Source: Octopus sinensis (taxonomy: Eukaryota). From it: 64,000 bases of DNA. The stretch covers positions 30,255,360-30,319,359 of the forward strand of contig NC_043019.1 in NCBI RefSeq assembly GCF_006345805.1, given 5' to 3'. How positions within the stretch are numbered: position 1 is the first letter of the stretch; each line of letters opens with the position of its first letter. Made by a program: the position numbers and the translations under genes. The notes beneath the pieces are model-generated. The model was not told where the DNA came from, searched no databases, and worked only from the letters and a program-made list of their open reading frames with translations. Positions 1 to 10,900 of this stretch are shown here, piece after piece.

Positions 1-1289
1 ATAAATGCTAAAGGTTTAAAATAAGTTGTTCTAACATTTGTCTGTCAAGATAGTTACATATTTCAAGCAACTGTCACACGAACAATTCTCCAGGAAAGAA
101 GCAGATCTAAGTTTAGGATATTCATTGTGCCAGCATTACATATTTAGTATGTCTATTGATATCAGAAATGGTGTGATGAAATAGAGACCAAATCTGATCA
201 AGCTGTAGTATAAGCAAAAGCATTTCATCCATGAATATCCTGACATATTAAGAGTATCTCGGGGTTAAATGTCTCACCACCATTTGATGTACAGGTGTAG
301 GCATGGCTTCCTAACTACACGGTCTTGGGTTCAATCTCACTGCACGACCTCTTGGGTAAATGTCTTCTAATATAGCTCCAGGTTGACCAAAACCTTGTGA
401 GTGGATTTGGTAGACGGAAACTCAAAGAAGCCCTTCATATGTGTGTGTGTGTGTGTATGTTGCTGTCCCTTTGCCTTGACCTCGTGTAATAGATGAGAAG
501 GATTGTCACTGTCATCCAAGCAGTAGTGCCCTTTGTTTGATATTTTCTGCTGAAACATGTCTGGTCATGGGGAAATATTACCTTACTTGGAAACAGGTGA
601 GGGCTGGCAACAAGTAGGGCATTTGGCTATAGAAAATCTATCTCAATAACAAAATTCCATCCAACCCATGTAAGCATAGAAAAGTGGATGTTAAAACAAA
701 TGATAATGATGTATACTTTTGAGGAAAATTTAGTTCTACTTCTAGCAAGTTAAATGATTATGTAGAGAGGCTGCTTCAATGGCATGAAAACGAAATTAGT
801 TATCTGTAAATAATTTGAGATAACTGATGCCAAAAGTTTTGGTAAGTTCACAGAAGTGTGAAGAGAGATAAGTAGTAGAGATAAGAGGCAGAGCCATCTG
901 TTCTTCCTCTTCCTTCCCCACCATCGACCATCTTACAATGCAAACAGAATTTAGTTTGTCACAGAATATCAATAAGAATCAAGATTTATTGAAGATTCCT
1001 CCCCTCTCTCTTCAGGGTAAAAGAAAAAAAAAAATACAATGCCTTGAATGCAATTCAGTGAATGGAAAAATATGTAAGCAGGCCCTTAAGTTTGTGTCAT
1101 TTTATGTCCTGTAACACATAAGCTCACTCCCTTCATCAAATCGAAATTACCTGTACTGGGGCACTATGTGCCACATGTCAGATGGTGAAATGAAGCACTT
1201 TGCTCAAGAACACAACGCAATGCCTGGTCTGGGAATCGAAACCATGACCTCGCACTTGTGAGTACAACACCCTAACCACTAAGTACCTT

Positions 1290-1290
<1 letters not shown>

Positions 1291-1380
<90 letters not shown>

Positions 1381-1439
1381 GGACCTTTATGTGTATATGT
1401 GTGTGTATGTGTATATGTGTGTGTGTATATATGTGTATG

Positions 1440-1471
<32 letters not shown>

Positions 1472-1497
1472 GATAGATATATATACACATGTGTAGA
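1291..1497. repeat. Compound (TG)n/(TA)n microsatellite
   Basis: Direct reading. Confidence 0.95.
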
Positions 1498-1710
1498 AGG
1501 TTGAAAAGGAACCCACGAGTTGATATACATGGAAAAAAAAGTCAAGGTAGAAAATGCTAAAATAATTTTATAAAAAACATTTCAGTACCAGTTTCAGTCA
1601 TTGAGACTTTTTCAACTGTAAGTATGGAAAACAATTAAATTTTGGAAAAATTAAAAGATTTTTAAAAGAATATTTGCATAGTGTTCAAATACAAGTGGCA
1701 TTTTCCTTGT
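1495..1710 (-). mobile_element. Probable Penelope-like terminal-repeat fragment carrying the hammerhead motif
   Basis: Inferred from the hammerhead architecture typical of Penelope-like elements; embedded between microsatellites; no ORF. Confidence 0.4.
1581..1620 (-). ncRNA. Minimal type-I hammerhead ribozyme-like motif (U3-A8 core variant)
   Basis: Minus strand UACAG-UUGAAAA-AGUC(UCAAU)GACU-GAAAC(UG)GUA-CUGAA; stems I, II and III can pair; GUA cleavage triplet. Confidence 0.6.
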
Positions 1711-1872
1711 TTCTGCCTCTCTCTCTCTCTCTCTTTTATATATATATAAATAAATAAACATCTGTGCAAGCGCTTGGCCATGCATGAGCAAGCAGTCAGC
1801 CTTACAATGAGTCAACTACCTGAGTGACTCATCAAACCTATCTCTATTGTAAAACAAAGAAATTTTACTCAC

Positions 1873-1942
1873 TTGATAGCAGTCATCCATTCTTCTTTAT
1901 CTTCTGCTTTTGATGCTGACATTCGATACACAGTGTGTTTAC
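1873..1942 (-). CDS. CYTH: Cytohesin PH C-terminal exon ([24 protein letters not shown]), 70 nt
   Basis: Acceptor ctactttag, donor CAA|gtgagt; YRMSA...EEW motif. Confidence 0.95.
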
Positions 1943-4900
1943 CTAAAGTAGGGGGGAAAAAAATACATAGGAAAATGAGGAAGGCATTCAGGACATCTGA
2001 GGTGTAGATGCTGTGTGGCATAATTGATAGCATACATTTTGTGATATTTATGTTATACAGTTCAAAGGTAATAGTTACATGTTGAATGTGGTAGTTATAG
2101 TATCATAGATCAGACACGAGCAACCCTTTTTGAGAAGTGAGCCACATGAAACATGGCTCATTATTAAGTGGAACATACTAGTAAAATAATTCAAAGTAAT
2201 TTTTCTTTGAAGGTACCATACAGAAAGTCTTCTGGGCCACAGTTTGCCCATCACGGTCATAGGTTGTGTAAATGGTATTTCTAATTTTACCATATTGGTT
2301 ACCAAAGCACAGCTGAGATGGATGGGACAACACCTCATACAAATGCCCAAATTTGTACAGCAGTCTTTCATTGTTAGCTGAAAACGAGGACCCTAAGACA
2401 GGGTGGCCGAAAGAAGAGACAGAGATGAGGTCAGGTGCACGCTGAAATGGTACAAGATATTCCATACCATTGAGAAGAACTGGTAGAATATTCTTTTCTA
2501 CTCAAGGCACAAGGCCTGAAGTTTTGGGGGAAGGGGCCAGTTGATTAGATCGACTCCAGTTCACAACTGGTACTTAATTTATTGATCTCGAAAGGATTAA
2601 TGGCAAAGTTGACCTCGGCGGAATTTGAACTCAAAACAAAGACAGACGAAATACTTATTTCTTTACTACCCACAAGGGGCTAAACATAGAGGGGACAAAC
2701 AAGGACAGACAGATGGATTAAGTCAATTATATCGACCCTAGTGCGTAACTGGTACTTAATTTATTGACCCCAAAAGGATGATCAAAGCCTTGTGAGTGGG
2801 CTTGGTAGATGGAAACTGAAAAGTGTGCGTGTGCATGTCCCCTTGTCTTCACACCAATCAAGAATTGTAAAATAAGCATCACTGTCATACAAGTGAAGCT
2901 GTTTGTTTCCAGTCTTCTGTGGGGAAAATGTCTGGCCATGAGAAATATTACCTTGCTTGAAAACAGGTAATGGTTGGTGACAGGAAGGCTATCTGGCCTT
3001 AGAAAATTTGGCTCAACAAATTCCGTTTGACTCAGTCACGGAAAAGTGGACGTTAAATGATGAAAAATGTTGATGGTATGTGCTATTTATGATGTACATG
3101 TGATATAACCGACACCAAACATGATGTGTATGCAATGTGTGTTGTATTAGTGATATCACTCACAGTCTATATGATATTTAAGATATTTAAGTTTATCTTA
3201 CCTTCAACTACTTTGCCTTCAGAGTCTAATTTACAAGCTTTAATTATTTCGTGGCCACCAGAATGAATCTCAAAGCAGTTTGGTTTGTTGGTTTTTTCAG
3301 GACCGACCTCTCGGACACGTATGTTTTCAAGAGGAATGATACCTTTTGGTTCTTTGTCCTGTAAAATACATGGAAATTATTTATAAATACATACATTTGT
3401 GAATGTCAGTGGCTTAGTGGTTAGTGAGTTGGACTCCTGATCATCAGGTTATGGAGGTTTGATCGATGGACTGGGTGGCACATCATTTTGGGTTGTGCCA
3501 GTCTACTGAGCCAAAAATGAGTACCAGCTAGTATGGTAGCAAAAGCCTGAAGTTGTATTCCAAACATCAGTTTAATATACTAATAAGTAAATTTAAAAAA
3601 AAAAAAAACATTTTTTACCAAACTCTTTAGAAGTTTTTTGTTATTTTGAAGGAAATTAAGTGAAGTAAAAATACAGAGTCAGTGTTCTTGTGGGTAGAAA
3701 TGTGGTTGTTCAATGGTTAATGATTCTGAAGAGGAGCAAGCTGCAAATTATGAAACTCAATATTTTTCTGGTATATAAATATCTGATTGTGACAATAATA
3801 TTGTTTAACCCTTTCGTTACCATATTTCTGACCAAAATACACCCCTTATGTGTTTCAATTAATTTCTAACGTAATCATAAATTTAGTCTGGTTTCATTAA
3901 ACAACTATAACTTTTTTATTTATCAATATATTAATGTGAATTTTGGAAGATAATTTAATGAAATGTTCTCAACCAATTCTATACTATAATTTTTGTCACA
4001 AAGTGTCTCTAATTGCAGGTAGATACAGGTAAATTCAACAAAATATAAAATTATAAAAATTTTGTTCAAACATCGCTATAGAAAATGGGTTATTAGCTAA
4101 TATTCAATTGGGTATACAAGAAAATTTTACGATAGAATTTGTTATTCTGGGTAACTTTCTGATACCCATAATAATATTTATGGCAAAATAGGTCTTAATT
4201 TCATTTAAGGTTGTGGGAAATAAACTATCGTTTCTTTCGCTTTGTTTACGTTTAGCGTAATGGTTCGTTTCCGCCGTAATGATTTCAAATAGGCTCATTC
4301 GAAAAAGTAAAAAGAAATAGTCTAAGGCTTTACTCTTCTGGGAAAGTCTGTGGCTTGGTCCAGTTTCTTCAGAAAAATCACCGAAAGAAACAGTTTTTAA
4401 ATTTTCACTCCATTCAGGTGCCAATTCATTTTCTTTATCGCTGTCGGAGGTCTCGGATTCACTGTTTTCACTTTCGGAAAATGAAACATCAGATTCATTA
4501 TCAAATACCACATGCTTTATTTTTCAGTCATAGAGTTAGATTTATGAAGGTCTTCAGTAGAAAATCCTTCGAATTCTGACTCGCTGCTTGATATAATGAA
4601 ATTCATATCCATTTTTTGTCAGAATTACAAATTTTGAAAACACAATAGGAACAAATTTCGGAAAAAATCTCCCAAAATTCACGGAATTAAAATTACACTT
4701 CGATTTTTGTACAAACTGTAGTTGAACTGTTTAAGAAGTATAATACGTGTTTTCACAAATGTACTAAAGAGATTTGCTCTGATATTCTCATTTAAATATG
4801 AATAGGTAAATTCGGGCGGTTTTGGGCGGCTTGGTCACATTAACCAAAATTTTTTTCGGGCGGTTTGGTAATGAAAGGGTTAAAGGCTTCAGTTAAAGGA

Positions 4901-7900
4901 AGATAAAAGAGAACTGTGTAAGGAATGATAATGAAATAACAAAGAAGACACTACTTACAGTTGTATATTCGAAGTAATAGAGACAGTTATCATTGAGTAT
5001 AAACCATCTTCTTTTCCAGTTCTTGTAACGACCACCTAAACAGGAAAGAAAAAAAAAATCAAACTTTATTAATAAATTGAACAACAAGATATCTTTTTCA
5101 TTGGAGTGGGTATAGGTGCAGGGGTGGCTGTGTGGTAAGAAGCCTGCTTACCAACCACATGGGTTCAGTCCCACTGCGTGACATCTTGGGCAAGTGTCTT
5201 CTACTATAGCCTCGGGCCGACCAAAGCTTTGTGAGTGGATTTGGTAGTTGGAAACTGAAAGAAGCTTGTCGTATGTATATATATATATATTTTTCTTATT
5301 ATATATTGATTATTCCTTTTTATACTTTTTGAGATCTAGTTATATGTTTTATAAAAATATATTTTATTTGTTATTTATGCTTTGGTTATGGATCACCATT
5401 GTTAGTGTGACTTCTTTAACATATATTATCTATAAGTTCCACAACTATAATTGTTACCATAGCAACAAATACAACCACAAACATCATGATGTACATATGA
5501 AACTTAAGAGAAACCCTGCACAAGTGCATTGGTGTGATGTCTATGTCAATTTAGAGCCCCAAAATGGCCACAGAGCTAGAAATACTGGAGTCCACAAAGT
5601 TTAACAAGTCTTTCTGGAAAATTCACAATCATTAAAGCTTACCTTGTTTCCATAACCATCCTTCTTTGACTGGGTTGAAGAACGTGTGCATCAGATCATT
5701 ACCATCATCTTCAGGGATTTTAAAGGGTTCATTTTTTATACTTTCATATAAACTCTGTAAGAAAAGAACAATTAGAATTAGATTAATCAGATACAACATT
5801 GAGAGATTAACACTTTATTTACCAGGTTTCTAGAGAGAGTGTGGCCTAGTGGTAAGGGTGCTGCACTGAAGATCACGATAGCATGGTTTCAATTCCTGGA
5901 CTGGTTCCTAACACTAGCTTAATGATAACTAAATTATTTTACTAAATTCTTTGTTATATTTAAAGTAATTGAAAGAAACACGGAGCATCTGAAAATAAAT
6001 ACAATAACAAAAGGGTTAACGCATTTTCCTCTCTTCTCTACCTTAAATTTTCTAAATCTAAACAGCAAAATTTTAAAAATGTAACCCTTTTATGACCATA
6101 TTTCTACTGAAATACATCCACTGCCTATGTATTAAAAAAATTTTTTTAATGAATTATGAAAATTTAGAATTTGGGGGGATATTAAAATAGCTAATTTTTT
6201 TACGTTTACCATTCCATTAGGCTGATGTGAAAAGATTCTGAGGCAAAAGAAATAAATAGAAATAAAACTTAAAAGATGATAAATTAAAAAGGGACTAACA
6301 ATGACTGACCAGTGACTGGTGTCAAGAGGTCGAAGTCAATCTACAGGAATATAACAAACACTTATGTCTCTAAACTCAATATGAAAGATAAAAATAAAAA
6401 CTCAGTTGTAGTGGCACTATGGCAGAGATTCACAGTTATGCACCAATGCCAGCATTCGATCTACGGAAGAAGAGAAGTTGGCAAAAAAGCCAAACTCATT
6501 ATCTTCCATTTGGCAAAGAGACTGATAGAATAAGTACAAGAGAGAGAGAGAGGGGGGGAGAGAGAAACATAGCATAGTCAATTTGTTGTTTGACTAGACT
6601 CTTCATGTCAGTGCCCCAGCATGGCCACAGTCCAATGAGTGAAACAAATAAAAGACAATTTTCTATAGCAAGCATTGTGTATTGCAACTACATTATTTAA
6701 TGTCCTTTTCTCTTTTCATAATGGTTGAGTACAATTTGAAGGATATTTCACTGCTATTTCTAGTAAACTAAACAACCACATAGAGGCTTTCTCAGTTGCC
6801 TGACACTTTTCCCTTAACCCTTTAGCATTCAGATTATTCCGTCAAATGAAATGCTTATTTATTCACAGTATTTTGAACTAATCATGCATTACTTTGTACC
6901 ATTGAGATTTTTGATGATGTCATTGTTTACTTTTGGAATGACATTGTAGAGTAGGTGTGAGGGGCCAGACCTTGGGCCGAGTATAGCTTGTTTAAATGCT
7001 AAAGAGTTAAAGCATTTTCCAGTCTTCTGTAGTCTATGTACTGTTTTCCTCAACTACGCATCTTCAGTTTGCAAGATAGCAGGGTGGAAGTTGAGGGAGG
7101 AGATATCTTCAATGTAGAGGTTCCTTCTCATGTGTATATGTGTGTGTGTGTGTGTGTTTGTTTTGCGTAATAAATGTACTGACTGGTTGATAGCCAGTAA
7201 TGAGATGTCAACAGACCAAGACAACACGGCAGATAGGGCAAGATAATGAATCACAGTAAATATAAAACAGTGCCTTATATTTTGCACATCACATAACCCG
7301 TATCAACAGGTGACCTCTGGCACTACAAACTGTGCCAGTGATAGCTACAAGCTATCACCAGACATGTGGTACTGATTTGGTAACGAACCAAATGAAATAA
7401 ACATTCACCTACTTATACATACATACATACATTCACATATAGATAGTGACAGAGACACACAATCACACATACACAGTCATTACATTCATGATCTCCCTAC
7501 CACCATCTCCACCTACACAGGGTTATAGACCAGATGGTGTAGTAAAGCTGTTGACATACATAGTTAACCCTTTTTAATACCAACCACTCTTGAGAAATCC
7601 CCCTGGCTCTATGATACAAATCTCGTGTTTTATAGTGATCTAAATTGAAATTTCCCACCAAAATTTCATGTTGTGTTGCAAACACTAACTTAATGACAAA
7701 ATTATTTTATTAAATTCATTATTTTCAAAATGAATTGAACCAGGGATGTTGGAAAGATTAATGAAGTTGTCTGCTATCTGACCAAGGTTGTATTTCATAA
7801 AGAATTTATTGCTGAACGTATTCTATATCTCATTATTCAAAGAAGCTATGTATTACCAAAAAAAAAACAGGGGTGGAAGGTCATAGGGGAGCTCATAGTG

Positions 7901-10900
7901 ATCCTCGATGGTAGGTGGTAACCTTAAATGCATAACAGCAATCCTTCGCCATATCGCAGTTCACCTATCACGGTTTATTATTTAAGTTTACGTCGATTCC
8001 TCCATGGTGTTGTTTTGCATTTATTATAAAATAAATATATACAAATTATTAAAAAAAATACAGTACAGTACTGTTTCTACTTTGCGGATTTTCACCTATT
8101 GCAGGGGTTTTTGGAATGTAATACCCACAATAGTCGAGGGATTACTGTACTCAGTTTAGCACCATTTGGACTCTGGATGCTTTCAGCAATGTCCACTCTG
8201 TTGTAAGTATTTGAACCAACTCCCCAGTTACTTCCTCCCTTACTCACACCAGTCTCATGATCCCTGCTAGAAATAAAGTCATCATTCATGATGAACTTCC
8301 CTTTCTGACTAAGGGACTCTTGTACTAATGACTTACTAAACAGGATAAAAAATAAAATAAAAAAATGCTCAATTAGTTAGAATTTCTCTCAATAAAAAAA
8401 AAAAAAAACTAAAATTATTTTTTCATTAAGTAGCTTCTAATCATACATACCGTGAGAAGTTTTGCTGGTAAATCTTCTCCGTCATTGATTCCTCGATTCA
8501 TCTGAATGAATCTTTCCACTGTCGGTTTGTCTTTCACACTGGGATTGTGTAAACTTGTGTTCAACATAATGATAGCAAATGACAGCACATAACAGGTATC
8601 TGGAAAAGGAGAACAGAGGAGTGATTAGATAGATTAGAGGATTATATATATATATATATATGCATAAAAAAGATTCGAGCGAGGTCATTGCCAGTACCGC
8701 CTGACTGGCCCTGTGCTGGTGGCATGTAAAAAGCACCCACTACACTCTCGGAGTGGTTGGCGTTAGGAAGGGCATCCAGCTGTAGAAACTCTGTCAGATC
8801 AAGATTGGAGCCTGGTGCAGCTGTCTGGTTCGCCAGCCCTCAGTCAAAATCGTCCAACCCATGCTAGCATGGAAAGCGGATGTTAAACGATGATGATGCA
8901 TATGATAAATATAATACATTGTGTGTGTCTGTATACATACATGTGTGTGTGTGTGTGTATGTGTATCATCATTGTTTTAATGCCCACTTTTCCATACTTG
9001 CATGAGTTATGCAGAATTTGTTGAGACAGATTTCCTACAGCTGGATGCCCTTCCTGTTGCTAACCTTTAACTGTTTTCAAGAAAGGTAATATTTCCCCAT
9101 GACCAGACATCTTTTCACAGAATACAGGAAATGAAGAAGGGCAACACTTGCATGATGTTGACAGCAACAAACACACACACACATATATACATATATATAT
9201 AATGGGCTTCTTTTAGCTTCTGTCAACCAAATCCACTCAGAAGGCTTTCGTTGGCCAGGGGCTATAGTATAAGTCAATTGTTCAAGGTGCCACACAGTGG
9301 GACTGAACTCAGAACCATGTGGTGGAAAGCAAACTTCTTACCATGCAGTCATGCCTACACCTATAACACACGCACACATAAATAGACACACATTTATACA
9401 TTAACCAATCACACCCCACCAATTTATATGGCTGTCTTCCCTTTTTGATAATATAAATAGTAGAACAGGTTACAAATACAATAATTATGAAAGATACAAG
9501 CAACAGTGGTTATCATGGGGCTGCTGCTGCCGGTATATGTCATAAATCTCCATACTGATATAGAATGGACAAACCTACAATGTAAAGCCATTTCATACAT
9601 CTATAAAAACCTGACAGATTTGTCACCACTGACACTGAAAGCTGTGAACATGTGAATGTTGATGATTGTGGTGGTGGTGATGGTGACAAATCGTTATGAA
9701 TGAAAAAAATTGCATGTGTTGAACAAGATGAATTTATTTACAACAACTGGTTTAAACGACCAGGAACAACAAATATTTAGTTTCCATTAAATTGGTAGGT
9801 GTGGGTGAGGTGTTAGTTGTAAGCTTTAAGACTGACCCTTTAGTATTTAAACTGACAACATCTGGACTCTCACGCCTGCCCTATGAGGTCATTCTAAAAA
9901 TAAGCAATCACATCATCGAAATCTTGAGACAATGCATGATTAATCCAAAACAATGTGAATAAATAAGCATGACATTTGACTGAGTAATCTGAATGTTAAA
10001 GGGTTAAGGCTAAACAGTGATTGTCAGAGAGAAAGTAATGGATTGGGCTACACAAAAGAAATGGTAAGAAAAACTGGAGCTTTGTGAAGAACTCACTCAG
10101 TTCAGTTAGATTAATAAGGACTAAACAAAGGTTATGGCAAATATTCTGCAGAAGATTTAATCAAATGGAGTAGAAATGATGACCTTCTCTCTGGAATGGT
10201 CACTTTGTGGAAATAAGGCTGAGAAGATATCACTAAGACAACCAATAATCACCAGAGAAAAAGGTTCTTAAATGTTGTTTATGGTTCAGAGGGGAGAAGG
10301 GCAGAAGCCATGATCTTTACTTAGACCATGTATGTTTGTCGAAAATGCAGTTTATGAAATGGTACTCTTTTGAATGATATTACCCATTCGTTGTCCGACT
10401 GACCAGAACTTTGTCCATTTTAATTGTACCTGATAAACTGTTCTGTCTCTCTAGGAAGAGTGACAGAGGCAAAGATGTAAAAAGACAAACAGGTAAAGAT
10501 ATGAACATGAGCAAAAGCATGGTTTGTGTAGTAAGAAGTTTAATTCTTAACCATATGGTTCTGTTCCACTGTGTGGCACCTTGGGCAAGTCTTTTACTAT
10601 ATATCCTTGGGCTGACCAAAGCCTTGTGAATGGATTTAGTAGACGGAAACCAAGAAAAGCCCAGCATAAAGTGGTTAGAGTGTAGGGCTCACAATCACGA
10701 GATAGTGTGTGTTGTGTTCTTGAGCAAGACGCTTCATTTCATGTTGCTCCAGTTCACTCATTTGTAGAAATGAGTTGTGATGACACTGGTGCCAAGCTGT
10801 ATTGGCCCATTTGCCTCTCCCTTGGATAACATTGGTGGTGTGGAGAGGGGAGGATTGTAAGCATGGGCGACTGCTGGTCTTCCATAAACAACCTTGCCTG

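Noticed and set aside
1-1872. Final cytohesin exon (expected ...SISHNPFY.ML..RKKK-like)
   Set aside because: No matching sequence was found on the minus strand; it presumably lies outside the window.
8331-8340. Recursive splice site (tttagtaagt)
   Set aside because: A ratchet site needs AG|GTAAGT; here the acceptor and donor share one G.
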